Position numbers and translations under genes: made by a program. DNA of 63,765 bases, counting the filler, from Phoronis australis (taxonomy: Eukaryota > Animalia > Phoronida), in assembly GCA_002633005.1 (NCBI GenBank). It is 4 parts of 4 records of this genome, joined end to end, with 100 filler letters (N's around TTAATTAATTAA, not from the genome) between each part and the next. Parts side by side here need not be neighbours in the genome. Positions count along the whole stretch, not along the records: positions 27,999 to 54,994 come from NMRA01001322.1; 3 more parts are not named here. One strand, 5' to 3'. Shown piece after piece: positions 37,974 through 51,705 of this stretch (within the stretch, counting starts at the first letter, position 1; the number at the start of each line of letters is the position of its first letter). The notes beneath the pieces are model-generated. The model was not told where the DNA came from. It did no database searches and saw only the letters and a program-made list of their open reading frames with translations.

Positions 37974-39638
37974 TTTTCTCAACTCAGGGACAAGAAGCCT
38001 CGTTTTCAATGGGGTCGACAGTGGCGCCGCTGAAGTGTGCAAGTAGTGAATTGCTTGGAGCTTTGCTGACTTTAAAGGAGTTTGTCGCCGTCGTTCAACT
38101 ATGTGAAATTTGCCTTGGGGTCACGCTCATCCTGTCGTGAATTGTCGACGAATGAATTGGCAACTCAAGTCACAGGCAGTGCGAGTTTGTACGACGTTCG
38201 AAATCACAACCTCAATACATTCTGATATGTTTCCATGAGTCACCATGATGTTCTCAATGTCCTTGATGGTAGGTCCTAATGGAATCTTATGGAGCTTCAA
38301 GTCTGCCAGTACGTAACGCGTGCGGGTATTACACGTCGACGCGTTCATGTTGACTCATTTTCCGGTTAATCAATTTTGCAACGGGTTAATGTACGTACTA
38401 CAAAGACTAGTTAACACAACCGCTGAACGCACTTCAGCCCAACCCCAAAAGTCGCTTGGCCTCAAGTCATATGACTGACGTGAAGTGCCAGCCGCATGAT
38501 ATTCCTTGTTACACAATGACATCGCTGACTGTTGTACACACGAAGTCCCTGCAATTCTTTCTAAATGTAGTCACTTTGCCGCCTGTCAACCACTTTCGTG
38601 TTCAAGACTGAATTTCACACGTTAGTAGAGGGCTGAAGTGGGGTTATTAAAGTCCTTGTCTCACGCGTTGTTAACCCTTATTACATGGTTAGAAGATGCT
38701 ATAAGGATCCAAGAAGAAACTACCCCATAACTAATACACGATCCGTACTCGAAAACAGTTTAAATGAACGCGCCACTCACGATTCGCACCCGAAGAAACA
38801 CCGCCATTTTGAACTTGCCGCGAACCCGGAAGTACAATTCATTCAGGAACCCAGGCCGAGAAAACGCCGTCAGTGCGACTGGAGCAGTGCCTGTACTGTT
38901 ACCAGCCAGCAAACGGGGATAAAAAAANNNNNNNNNNNNNNNNNNNNNNNNNNNNNNNNNNNNNNNNNNNNNNNNNNNNNNNNNNNNNNNNNNNNNNNNN
39001 NNNNNNNNNNNNNNNNNNNNNNNNNNNNNNNNNNNNNNNNNNNNNNNNNNNNNNNNNNNNNNNNNNNNNNNNNNNNNNNNNNNNNNNNNNNNNNNNNNNN
39101 NNNNNNNNNNNNNNNNNNNNNNNNNNNNNNNNNNNNNNNNNNNNNNNNNNNNNNNNNNNNNNNNNNNNNNNNNNNNNNNNNNNNNNNNNNNNNNNNNNNN
39201 NNNNNNNNNNNNNNNNNNNNNNNNNNNNNNNNNNNNNNNNNNNNNNNNNNNNNNNNNNNNNNNNNNNNNNNNNNNNNNNNNNNNNNNNNNNNNNNNNNNN
39301 NNNNNNNNNNNNNNNNNNNNNNNNNNNNNNNNNNNNNNNNNNNNNNNNNNNNNNNNNNNNNNNNNNNNNNNNNNNNNNNNNNNNNNNNNNNNNNNNNNNN
39401 NNNNNNNNNNNNNNNNNNNNNNNNNNNNNNNNNNNNNNNNNNNNNNNNNNNNNNNNNNNNNNNNNNNNNNNNNNNNNNNNNNNNNNNNNNNNNNNNNNNN
39501 NNNNNNNNNNNNNNNNNNNNNNNNNNNNNNNNNNNNNNNNNNNNNNNNNNNNNNNNNNNNNNNNNNNNNNNNNNNNNNNNNNNNNNNNNNNNNNNNNAGA
39601 ATTACACTTTACACGGGATGCTTTAACTCATACTTAAC

Positions 39639-39828
39639 CTTATTGGTTCCGCACTGTGTTCCATTTGGTACTAAGCCCAAATCAGCCGAATTTCCATCCC
39701 TTACAAATAGGCCTACCACACTAGAACATCCGTCGGATTCGGTCACGCGGCTTTTGGAATATCGTGCACCGGAAACAACTAGAGATCCCGAGGTGCCTGC
39801 ACAGTGCAAGCGTCCACATTTCACGTCT
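39639..39828 (-). CDS. ADAM-like gene exon: cysteine-rich domain, second half (module 2)
   Basis: cacag|(Q)DVKCGRLHCAGTSGSLVVSGARYSKSRVTESDGCSSVVGLFVRDGNSADLGLVPNGTQCGTNK|gttaag. Phase 2-0 fits the flanking exons. Confidence 0.9.
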
Positions 39829-40627
39829 CTGTGGGAATAAAGTCTGTCACTATTATCGGTGTTTAATTAGCTAAAACAATATTATGTACACAAAAGTATC
39901 ACTACATAGTAGTGGATAGTAGCAATAAATGATGGTAGTAGGTGGTGGTTGTAGTCGGTCACGTTGCTTAGCAGCAGCTGCGGCGCCGGCAGCCTCACTA
40001 ATCAGTATTACTGAGTCTCATGTAATACGAAATTATTCTTGAATATGACATGATTTTTCCGCGTATGTTGTCGCCGGAGGTTACGCGGGCAGTATGTCCA
40101 TGGGTTTGAAGCGAGACGGATGTGTTCGTGACATGCACTGTGTTGCAGCAAGTGTTGCTACTCGTGAGTCATGGTGATATTGCGTGCGTTCGTGAGCGCG
40201 TGCCTGCGTGTGTTTACAAGTTGGGCTCACACAGAACATGTGTGATATTGGAAGTCTGTAAGTCAGAAATATTGTTCAAGCGGAACACGGAAATGGAATT
40301 ATTAAAACAATTGTACCTTGCAGGTACACGAAATGTGTAGTTGTGAATCATCCGTTGAAGAACCAGGTCTTTTTATGATAGCTTGGAAAACTTCATCTTG
40401 GTCAAACGATTATAATAAACTTTAGTTTGACAGTGCTTACAACAAAAACGCGTGCTTTGTTATTGACACCATTATACAAACTAGACGATTTTGACTCTAA
40501 GAAAGTTACGGCTAAAGAAAAACTTGCGTTGGCTATCTTTCACAGGCAATTTGAACAAGACACCTGCGACGATGACATCGGTTACATATGTTATAAAACA
40601 CTTTTGAACGAGTCAATTTATGACAAA

Positions 40628-43600
40628 TAGCCACCCGACCCACAACAAATTGCAACAAAAGGATTTACAGTATTTTATGCTCTACTGGGTATACTTATGA
40701 ACAGGAAAACGTCTACCAAAATCTAACCTTCGGAAATGGGTTAAAACTGCGTCAATTCCAAGATGGCGGCCACGACGTTTCGAAATCATTAAAAATAGAT
40801 ATAACTTCTTCAATAATTGTGATAGAGACATAATTTTTGGTTTTATTGTATAGTTTTAAGAGGTGAGCAATTCACTGGTGCGGTTAAAATTACGATATGA
40901 TCATTATTAGATATGAAATTCAAGATGGCGGCTAAATTTCAAGACCGAAAAATCACTGATTTGTCCACTATAACGAAAGTGTGATTAGATGTGAATGGTT
41001 CTGATTGATTGATCTTAAAACATTTAGATTTCACTGAATTCTGACAAAATTATTTTAAAATATGGACGTTGCATTAATATTTAAGGCTTCAAATATTTAA
41101 TCCAAAGCATTGGCTTGCATAAAAGTTACAAACATTGTCTAATGTGTATTTGTTTGCCACTGGTTTTTATTTAATGAATCCACACATGGAGACTAGAAGC
41201 CCACGTCCAAATGTCAACATCTGTCTGAAGTGCCCCACAATCAGCCGCAATTGTGCAGATCATCGACAATTTTGATAATAAGAAGTCTGAACTTAGTACA
41301 CAGTCCAAAACGAGTCAGCTGAGGCTGGTCTGAAAATGCTCCATACTGCTTGTGCAATGATCGTGGCAGATTGCATTCGGTCTCGGAATGATCACGTGCA
41401 AGCTGTTGGTGATGCCTTGCTAATAATTATTATTTGCTGCAGCTGGACACCACAACTACTGGAAATCAGTTTACCTGTACACACAACAAATGGCTGATAT
41501 GGAGAGCAAACGTCCAGATGTATGCTAAGTTTCAAAAATGGCTTTCATGTGATTCGGCGAGCAAACAGGCCTCAGCTGTGATCTAACCATTGAACAAATT
41601 ACTACATGTAAATGCGATCGCTAAAAAGAACAGCCGGCTTGACTCATGGTAGTAAGATGGCAGAGGAGCAGCGAGTATTGTGGACGATGTCGGTCCTCGT
41701 AACGTCAGAGGTGATCATCACCTTGTAGGACTTCAATGACCTCACGTACACAACAAGCGAACAATACAAAAAAGCAACTGGTGACAGAATTGAAAACGAT
41801 GCATGCGACTTTGCGAAGATAATCACAAAGCTGACCACATTTTCACCCTTCTCCTCAAACCGTGCGCAACGCTATGTCATCAATGGTGTTGTTGCCAACG
41901 CACACATCAACATGCATAGATATGAATCTGTTGGGAACAAAATCATCGAGGGAATGGTTCGACAACCTGTGTTTTCTTTCTCCTTTAAGAGGAGAGAGGA
42001 AGCTAAGACCCGGCTGAGAAACACAGCTGCTGTCCAGGTTGGTCCTGACTGAAGCATCGGTCCTATCTTACTCTTCCAGTGATTCTTGGTGGTATCCCGT
42101 TCCGATGACCTGTCTCTTGTCAGGAAGTGGTGCGTTTCGAGCTCAGGCCATACCCACCGTCCCTCTTTGAGGACAACCTGATCTTGAGGAAGGCTAACAA
42201 ACCTCAACTGGCTCAAGCCATTTATAACCCTGTTTCATGGCCCATGCACGTGATCTTGGAGCACAAAACTCCGCATCTTCAGTATGTCTCCAGACTGAAA
42301 TGTATGCGCTTGATGGGGAATCTGTGCTCCACTAGCTCAAATGGAAGAAGGGAGATACGTGTGAAAAATTTGCCAGAGCATACGCTGACTTCACGGCAAA
42401 GCACTATGAGGCAGCCACTGTTGTCTTTGGTGGCTATGGTGCAGGTCCTTCGATAAAGGATAACCTTCAGCAGAGGCAGAGCAAGGCCAGTAGCTATGCG
42501 ACGGTGAACTTCACCGGAGAAACGGAATATGATGGTTGAAAGAGATGATCTCCTATCCACCGGCAGTAACAAGCAACAATTGATCGCCTTAATAAGTGAC
42601 CAGCTGAAGAAAGTGGGATGCACAGCCGTTCAGGCAGAAGGGGGACGCTGGTGTGAACGTTGCAAAGACAGTAGTAAACAGTATATGCATCCCACTACAG
42701 TAATCGGCGAGGACACTGACGTGTTGGTGCTTATCCTCCATTGCTGTATGGGTGAAACCACTATTTTTTCAGATCAGACAACCAGTAAAGAACCTATCTG
42801 AAAGTATACAACCTAAGTTGGATGAAGTGTGTGCTCAGGATTACGATGTGTACCTAGCTACTATTCCTCCACTGCTTCACAGGATGAGACTCAACGTCTC
42901 GTGTATATGGCGTCGGAAAGAAATCAGTCTCTCAGAAACTCGTGAAAGATGACCAAGTCCTCCAGCCCTGCGCATAATTACACACTCACTTAGAAAGTTG
43001 TGAGCCCCTCAGAGATAGAGAAACTTGGAAGCCAAGCGATGGTAGTAATGTTCGGTGGAGAGAGCACGTGTTTACCAGGTTTCATTGTCATTAGTGTACT
43101 ACCAGGTCATTGTTGGGATGGGGATGGCAAATGACCTGGAACTTATAGACTGGGACTGGAGACTAGAAGACGATCAATTCGTACTCACCATAACTGCCAT
43201 GAATGCTGCACCAGACATTCCTAAAGATGATACATTGCAACTGTGCCACACCTTGTAGTACGCCCCGTTGCAGTTGCAGAAAGAACGGACTTCCACATAC
43301 ATCTACATGTGGATTGTGCCTAGCGACATATTGCGACAATCCAAAAATCAAGATTCTGAGGAACTTGAAGACAATGACGAAGGCTGAACGGAGGCAGTAT
43401 GTGTAATGAACACAACATTGTAGGATGAAAATGTAACCTAATCGTTCATGCGTCACGTGGCGTTCAGTCCATCGTCATTTTGATACTGGCAGATGCCATT
43501 TAAGTAAAAAAGAGGTTTTGCAGGTTTAAGTTATTGAGCATAATACAACCTATACCATGGTACACATTCTCTGCAAGTGCATTCCAAACGCTGTAGTCCA

Positions 43601-44320
43601 TTAGATTGCAATCTGGACTTTGTGTAAAACATGTTGTAATTAACCCCAATTAACTCGTTCTCAGCACTTCAAAACACCATCTTTACTTCGCAAAATGTAG
43701 CACTCAACTGACAAAACATTTTTATGACACAACTCTGAGTAAATTGATTGTCAAGTGTCACCATCCTTGATGACACTTTGTATAATGATGTAGTCTAATT
43801 TGGCATCGATGTTTTTGAGTAACAAAGTATCTTTCCTGTCCTGGAGCGAAAACACAGAGTATCATTACGTTTTTTATGGTGTATTTACAATGGATTGATG
43901 TGTATATGTGCAATATTTTGTGCAATTTCAATGAATGGTTTTACAAGAAATAAAGGTTAAAATTCGAAACGTTATTTTTGACCACCCGATATAATGGACA
44001 AATAGTGATTTTTCGCTCTGGAGTTTTAGCCTCCATCTTGAATTTCATATTAAATACTGATCATCTCTTAATTTCAAGCACACCAGTGAGTTAAAACCCC
44101 AGACTAGTACCAAAAATTATGTCTCTATCTCAATTATTGAAGTTATATCTATTTTTGGTGATATCGAAACGTCATGGAGGCCATCTTGGAAATGACGCAG
44201 TTTCAACCCTATTCCGGTGGTCAGATTTCGGTAGACTTTTTTCCTGTTAACAAGGCTTCCCAGTAGAGCATAAATCCACTGTAAAACCTTTTGTTGCAAT
44301 TTGCCGTGGGTCAGGTGGTA
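40628..44320 (+). mobile_element. Decayed Academ (XPG-type, AcademX-like) DNA transposon with ~350-bp TIRs
   Basis: Long inverted repeats 40628-~40975 and ~43995-44320 (TAGCCACCCGACCCAC... / ...GTGGGTCAGGTGGTA). Internal fragments: FAAAGHHNY.KSVYLY, FHVIRR, DLTIEQ, MRSLKRTAGLTHG, ELRPYPPSLFE..LRKANKPQLA, NKQQLI, VIGEDTDVLVL and the Cys-rich end CNCATPCSTPRCSCRKNGLPHTSTCGLC. Confidence 0.75.
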
Positions 44321-45004
44321 TATTGACTCGTTAATTTGGAATACAATTCAACGTAATTTAGAGACGAGTCTTGAATAGATTTGGAAATGGCCACATCAAT
44401 AGCAAACATTATAAAAATGAAATATAACTAATTTCCTGTTCGATTGTGACTATCAATTAATATCTAAAACAGAATACAATAATCAATATTTCTAGTTATT
44501 TGTACAGGTCAAACGCCTCTGCCAAAACCAACGATATGAGACTACCATTAATCACATTGTACTTTAAGAAAGTTATAAATTGGATGAGACGCATTACCAT
44601 TTCCGCTCACCGTTCTCTGAATCATATTAGGAACAACGAATCAATCAGAGGCTTTACAGTAGCCGAGCAAGAAATCAATGCATGATAAGCAGACGATACA
44701 ATTGGTTTGTGAAAGTGGGGCATCTGGGAACAATTGCGTTAAATGTTAGTCCGGAAAAATATCCGAGTTTCACTGGTTAATGTGAAGGCGTCTATTTGTC
44801 AACACACATGTATAACCGAAACCATCTTCCTTGCAGGGACTCAGTTGGCCACAAAATCCATAAAGAGCATATGTATACATTTCAGTAGAAATACGGTATT
44901 GTTGGTCAACTTAATTTTAATGGAAAGTAGACACTGCTTTTTTAACTTCATTATCTGCTCAAAACATAACAAACCACAATATCCACAATGCAACTGTTAC
45001 GTAC

Positions 45005-45174
45005 TGAGGAGAACATGGAATAAAGGAATTTGTCCTTGAGTCATGCCCACAGTCGCCCCTGGCGTCGCCATTCCTGTTTCTGTCCAAGCACGCAACACCA
45101 ACCGACGCCGACGACCCCCAGAGAAACTGACAACGTTCCGCATTGGTGTTGCATTCGCCGTTGAAGCAAAAAGC
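45005..45174 (-). CDS. ADAM-like gene exon: cysteine-rich domain, first half (module 2)
   Basis: tccag|AFCFNGECNTNAERCQFLWGSSASVGVACLDRNRNGDARGDCGHDSRTNSFIPCSP(Q)|gtacgt matches ADAM_CR. Phase 0-2. Confidence 0.9.
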
Positions 45175-46881
45175 CTGGACAGAATCACGGTTAGATATTA
45201 AAGTGCGCTCACCGTCAACATCTGTTTGATTAACATTGCCCTGTTTACGGTTGACAAAAACCGACGCGTAGTTATCCCTGAACATAGATCGGTGGGACTC
45301 GCTTAGTAAATCTAAAACCAGAAGGTCTCACACAGGCTATGATACGCAGTAAAATGTCACAATTTCGTCAAATGCAACAACTGTTACATTTTACATCATT
45401 GACACATTTTACGTTGCTAGGCCTTTCCTAAACCTAATAAGCTGTTACGTTATATGGAGCTGCTATAATTAAGGTCGAATGCACATGCGAGAAATGCACC
45501 ATTGTTACATTTTACAAAAGCGAAGTCATATTTCATGAGTTTGCATAGCATTTGTCACAAGAAGGAAAACGGTTTACATATTTAACGGATTCTTTCTCGG
45601 ATTGTTTTAATGAAATTATGTCAAATGTGCCAGCTCGAGTTTACATTATGTGTCCGTATGGGCTTTCTATTGTTTTTAACATGAATAGTTTCTTCGCATA
45701 GTAAAGCTTCAACTCCAGGCGAACGCAGTTCCTAGGATCTGGTAACAAGTTTTTGCGCCTATATATTTATAGGTGGGTGCATATTGCCGTCATCTCTGTC
45801 TGAGCGTCCAGTTGTCCAGCTTCCGCGGCTGTATTTCCTAAGCCTTGCAAGATATTATAGAAATTTGGCGGGTGTGTTCTTATGAGATTGACGACGGGGG
45901 ACGATGACCGACCCGAATACCGCTGGGCAATTTCTCAGTGTTTTACGTTTGGCACTGTACGCTTAAAGCTCATCAACCGATTTTCATGAAATTTGGGACA
46001 TTTCCAGATGGATTCCTGGGCCCAGTTGCATAAAAGTTATATGCCGTATAGAAACAATGACGTCGCATTATCACGTGTCTCTCAAGTCCTCTGTGGGGTC
46101 TTTGTTAAATTACAGTAGTGGTGGTAATAGTAATAAAAATGATAATGAGTAGCCAAATTCAAACCTTGTGCCATTTTCGACAAAATACTATCTAAAAGGT
46201 GCGTTTTCTGAATTTCTGGAAGGGTGAAATGTGAATTTTTACTCAAAATTACTCTCAAAATGGGTCCCTTATTGCCTGAGCCCACTCTCTAAATGGGTGG
46301 GTATCTAAAATTTTCGGGCTGTAGCTCTCGTCCAAAAATACCGTGTCGGTACCACTTGTTCGTGATTTTAGTCATTTTCTTTGTAATATGACGTTGGTTT
46401 CGTATAATGTAACAGTGGTTCGTTTTTCGCATGGACATTCGACGTAAAACGTAACATTTACGTAAACTGTAACAACGTGTTACATTTAAGGAAAGGTTTA
46501 GCAACGTAAAATGTAACAATGACAAAAACAGTTGTCACATTTAATGAAACTGTTACATTTTACGGCGTATCTCGGCTGTCGCTAATATGGCAATTCCGTG
46601 GTATTTTTTAGCTACGCCCACCTTAACCAAGTAGATAACGTTCTTGAAATGACATATTTTATGAAATTGACTGCTTCTGATATAAACGGAATTTCAATCA
46701 CGCGGTTGTGCAAACGGTTATGTTCAAAGAGGTTATTGTTACAAGAATTCCTTATGCATCGAAAAACAATTCCATACGGTAAAGAGAAGTATAGTTCTAA
46801 CAGACAGTTGCGACAGAGCGGTTATTTTCCTAGTAGCAAAATACACTTCCAGCTTCTATATTACGTTCAAGATTCACATAC

Positions 46882-47013
46882 CGTGTTCTCAGCACATACA
46901 ATGCCATTCATTTTGTAACGATCCTCGGGACAGGCACTAGATTGTCCGCTACAATATTCCGCTAGGTCGCATGCACCTGTCGCTGGTCTGCACATTGCAC
47001 CTTGGCCTTTGTA
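46882..47013 (-). CDS. ADAM-like gene exon: disintegrin domain, second half
   Basis: tttag|YKGQGAMCRPATGACDLAEYCSGQSSACPEDRYKMNGIVCAENT|gtatgt carries the classic CR.....CD..EYC.G....CP.D pattern. Confidence 0.92.
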
Positions 47014-48458
47014 CTAAAATAATCCAGAAACCATATTTTTGAAGACATCCACTTTTCATCTGATTTATGCAATGCGGAAAGTTTTGGCAGTCTGAATGCA
47101 CTATCTCTCAGATCGTAGTAACTGCATGCAAACGGTGGCTTTGGAGTGAAATCAGATGATCTGGCGTTTTTGCTCGTTTGTTCATGTAGCCGGCTGCACT
47201 TCCGGTAGTCATAAAAGATAGAATTAGACGTTGGACTTCGTTCAAGGTTCTTGAAGTCTTGGGTCCAATATACTGATTGTACTTTCAGGTGTTGTAAATC
47301 TTGTCTGAGCTGATTCGATCTGTTTTTTCGAGCCCAAAATCAGTTCCGATTTGGTAAATAACCGATGTTTCCGTATGCCCTTGCTATAGTCAGGCCTAAA
47401 CCTTGGTCGACGCCTGCATATGTGTATTAGTGAAGAACCGGATTACAACCTTCTCACCCCGATTCAGGCAAATTGAGGATAGTTACACACCAGGCGTGCG
47501 TTCAGTAGACGCTAGGACCTACGCTAGGACCTAGCTAAAACCTAGTCAAAGTCACGTGCTTGTATTTAAAATGCACGGCAATATCTCACGTAATCTCGCG
47601 AAGTCTTGCTTTTTAGCGAGGTCCTAGCGTTACTGAACGGGAGGCAGATTTAGCCTTGGGACTCTAATCGGGTCATATCCGTTGGAGTTCTCAAAAAGAT
47701 GTCGGATGATATAAATTGACAATTAATCAGGCTTTTCAGAAAATTTGACATGAATAGATTTTACGCAGCACTTTCTTCAAGGTCGCCTGTTATCGACAGT
47801 ATTTTCCCTGTCACATTTAGGGCCTTCCAAAGCCACCCAAAGATGACAACACCTTTTAGTTATATCCTCTCCTTTTGACAGAAGGTCAGCGTAAATTATT
47901 TCATTCTAAATTACATCTGTCAAGTATATAATTGTGAGAACAGATACAACCAATAAAACAATACCAGATCTGTGAAAAGTTCATATTCAAGACAGTTGAT
48001 TGTTCATTTGCCAGAACGCGGGACATTATTCAAATTGACCAGCAGCTTGGTTCAAATATCTGGTCACTTGTATCCTACAGCATTTCACTGGATAGCAATT
48101 TTCCTTTTTATACAGGCGTCTACGACAATTGACAGATGACGAAATATTTAATTCGTAAATATTTTGGCAATCATAACATGATCAGTATGAAAGTGAGGTT
48201 GCGGTTACATTTGACACAATTCGATGTAAATCATTTAGCGCCATATTTTGTAAAGTCCACGAGGTCATGTTGCCAATCTGGAACGAAATTTTAAAGAGCA
48301 ATTTTTCGGAAAACTTTAAGTGCCGGCATAAATACTTTTGAGATCTGTAAGACCTCAACATGGTGTTCCACTTGAAGGGCTATAAACGAGGTTTCGCGAT
48401 AAGGTGAAGATTTTGTGTCTTTTTGCTAAGTTCGGAAACCTTCTCACGAACTATTTAC

Positions 48459-48623
48459 CTGACACGTGTCATAATCACAGCATCCACCGTGGGCGCACCT
48501 TGCACCTTTCACCAACCGGCAGGTATACGGATGGCAGCACTTATTCGTGCATTCGTTCGGCAAACCACAGTCGCATTCTTCACCTGCATCGAGTTTACCA
48601 TTCATACACGTCCCTAATGTAAC
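48459..48623 (-). CDS. ADAM-like gene exon: disintegrin domain, first half
   Basis: tccag|[55 protein letters not shown]|gtaaat carries the GEECDCG signature. Phase 0-0. Confidence 0.92.
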
Positions 48624-48864
48624 CTGGATAAATTTTGAACAAGTAAAACACAGACAAGAAGTATACTCGCATATACAGTCAGTTTATAAAGACGGCAGGG
48701 ATCAGGCAAGGAAGAGAAGTATTTTTATGTGAATTTGTTTTCTTGTGAACAACTTAATAATCTGGGAATTCGCGCTGCCACCGGAAAATAACCCAACATG
48801 ATACACATACCAATAAAAGTATTTTTCTCATAAAGCAACTAACATTATCAAATCAAAAACAAAC

Positions 48865-48936
48865 CGCATGACGGTCGCAGTTATCTCCACACGTGACAAC
48901 ATCATTCAGCGATTTGCATTCCTGCCTTAGGCAAAT
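48865..48936 (-). CDS. ADAM-like gene exon: end of cysteine-rich domain (module 1)
   Basis: tgcag|ICLRQECKSLNDVVTCGDNCDRHA|gtttgt, homologous to exon 32715-32780. Phase 0-0. Confidence 0.8.
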
Positions 48937-49912
48937 CTGCAAACAAAACTGTACATGAGTCGTGATCATTGTTTTCTAGTACAGGCAAAGCACTCTGGTC
49001 TTCTTTTGAAATACCCCACCCCAGAAAACAAATAACAGAAAAAATAGAACTTAGTTATGTTACAAACAAAGGTAACGCTTTCGTAAGAGACAGTTCATCA
49101 ACCCTAATACGCTATGACAAAAGCATTAGCTTAATAGAAAGTAGTATAACCATCTCAAACGTATTACTCGGTGACCGGTATTTTGTTATGAGACATAAAG
49201 CATGCCTTTGGTATTTCATCTCAAACTGGTGCCGTCAGCTGATCATAATCCAATAAACCTAATTCACTCCGACAGGACGCGCGTTCCAAAACGATAGCTC
49301 TGTTGGCTTATCGGCATAGTTGTATTCAGCGATGCTTGAACAGATAAAAAATACGGACTCTCAACTGTCTGTTTTACAATCCCTCGGGACGTTGAGATTC
49401 GGAAGCGATGGGTCGCTGCCATACGCCGCGACGAAGGAAAATATGTCCCGTGTAAAATTTATAAATGTTTTCGCCAAGTTAGATCATATTTAATTGTCAC
49501 ATCTCGGTTGCCAAGCTTCATAGCAACGACCGGAGAATCTTCGGCCAGCCAGGCTGTGCTTTCACGACTACGGGTTGAAACATGATGCATATTTCTTTCC
49601 AAGAGGCAAGGTACCTAAACTACACGGTCAACGTACTCATAAACGAGGGCAAGGACGCATAAACACGACTCACGGACCTGCAAACACCGACCACTGACTC
49701 AAAGACACGGGAGCGGACTCACAAAACACGACCCACGCACCTAAATACACGGGACAAGGACTCATATTCACGATGATGAACCGTCACTCACATGAAAATG
49801 ATACATGGTATTGTTCTCTTTTTAAAGGGACGCCAGTAAAACCCTCCACACTACTGAAGCGTTAATTACAACGTCGTCACAGTCTCAAACAATAGTTATT
49901 TAGAATTATTAA

Positions 49913-51478
49913 AGGAGAATGCCACCCAAAAATCAATCTATTTTGTATCAATTTAGACCGAGTAGTTCTACTCGATAAAGGCACGTTCGACGACAGACAG
50001 AGGTGTTGAATTTATCCAATGACGTCCTTGATTTCACACGCAGTCTGTTCAGCAGTTCACAACACTGGTTACTGTACGGGTTCAACTTATCACTTGAATT
50101 TATCGTTTAACACCAATAAATCATCAAACGTCGATGTAAAACCCTTATAAAAGCGTGTTGCTTTATTTCGCTGTTACGGATTTATTGGTATTTGGAAACA
50201 CCGTAGCCAGCAAAGTTCGGCAAGCCAATTTACCGAGGTTCGTAGCAGGAGTTTGGGGTCTGTTCGGAGATAAATTCGAAGTATTCTTCCTTAAAATACA
50301 GACAGGAGAACCTAGATCTGTGTTGTTTATACTTGTGATTTTTTGAGTTCTAAACACACAAAACATTTGTTATCCTGGCCCGGGAACCCGATCAGGCCCG
50401 TAGGGGCCGCCGGGACTGGTACGAACATAAACCAGCTTGACTTGGAAACTAAACCTCCAGTCACAAAAAGACTATAATAGTGAGCTAAAGAAATAATGTG
50501 CACGTAATTATTTATGTGAATTAGCCACGAAACTGAAAATCTACTTACTTGTCGGGGGCCGCGAAGTCGGGTTCCCCTTTCACAGACCGTCAGGGTAAAG
50601 TTTGTTCAATAACAATTATTTGAATAATGTATTTGTATTTATAAATAAAGATTCCCCTAATATGTGACCGCAGCATGTAAAATCGAGTAATTGTTTCACA
50701 ACAGCTTTCTGTCAGCAAACACTAAATTAGCATGCGCTCACACGGCCTCGGTGCCCGATCAATTACCTTTGTTGCCGGAATCAAAAGCCAGTAACGCAGT
50801 GGTTTATTCATTGCTGGCTTCTCAACATTTGCATTCACGAATACTGCAAAGGCATTACAAATTGTATCTATTGAGACAGACTTTGTTTTAGTTTCATATA
50901 AGCATTGGTTAGGATGAGAATACTTCATTCTGAATAATAAACGTCTACGTGGCAACTCGCCCGGCGCCCATCCCGACTTAGTCAAGAGCTCATCCGACGA
51001 AGACTTCACCGGTCGGATCGTTAGGTTTCACAGGCTATCAGTTCAAACCGGAATACACTGACCCAGAAATACTAGAGAGACGCCGTGAACATGCACAGGC
51101 AACGGAACGTATGGATATTTCTGGTAAGCTGGAATTCGTCAGAGAAATCCCTGCTATTAACAGCTTAGGCCAACCTTTCAGTCTTCACTACCGCGAGCCA
51201 CTTCCTAAGCATCTCTGGATTTCGAGGAAGTCGAAAAAACGATATACCCGCTTTTTTCGCAGCTTCATACTTCGGACAAGCGGAAACGACGCACCGCAGT
51301 ATAGCGGCATTCACTCTGCAGACGAACCAATGATATCGCTGCGTCGTTTCTCACCTTCCTCACAGGTTACGCGATACCTCTCGGCAAGGTGAGGTCGACC
51401 GTATTGAATAAGAGGCGATGTGGATATTGACCGATTGAGACGGTAAAAAAGACTAATCAAATCGGGTGGCATTCTCCT
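49913..51478 (-). mobile_element. Non-autonomous Kolobok-like element, copy 2 (no nested insertion)
   Basis: TTAA|AGGAGAATGCCACCC ... GGGTGGCATTCTCCT|TTAA. Reverse complement of 9043-11497. Confidence 0.85.
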
Positions 51479-51514
51479 TTAAAACATGTTTGACAACAAT
51501 GTCCCGGTGAAGCA

Positions 51515-51705
51515 TGAATACAGTATTGAGCCTGAGTATACATGATACTGAGCCTCAGTATACGTGATATTGAGCCTGAGTATACATGATATTGAGCCTG
51601 AGTATACATGATATTGAGCCTGACTATACATAATATTGAGCCTGAGTATACTTGATATTGAGCCTGAGTATACATGTTATTGAGCCTGAGTATACATGTT
51701 ATTGA
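51515..51705. repeat. 22-bp minisatellite (GATATTGAGCCTGAGTATACAT) x ~8
   Basis: Direct reading of the tandem units. Confidence 0.95.

Larger units (their letters stand above)
32977..38056. mobile_element. ISL2EU-type (PIF/Harbinger-related) DNA transposon with two convergent genes, inside an ADAM-like intron
   Basis: Imperfect TIRs ATTCACCACTTGCAC (32982) and GTGCAAGTAGTGAAT (38037-38051) bracket a THAP-HTH-DDE gene on + and a SWIM-YqaJ gene on -. Confidence 0.8.

Noticed and set aside
38685-39637. Long ORFs of 313 and 254 aa (also 15968-16481)
   Set aside because: They are open only because they run through N gaps.
44780-44880. Minus-strand GFCGQLSPC resembling an ADAM C2 exon start
   Set aside because: No suitable acceptor, an early stop, and a proper C2 exon already exists at 39828.
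51515-51705. CRISPR-like array
   Set aside because: Contiguous 22-bp units without spacers in eukaryotic DNA; it is a minisatellite.
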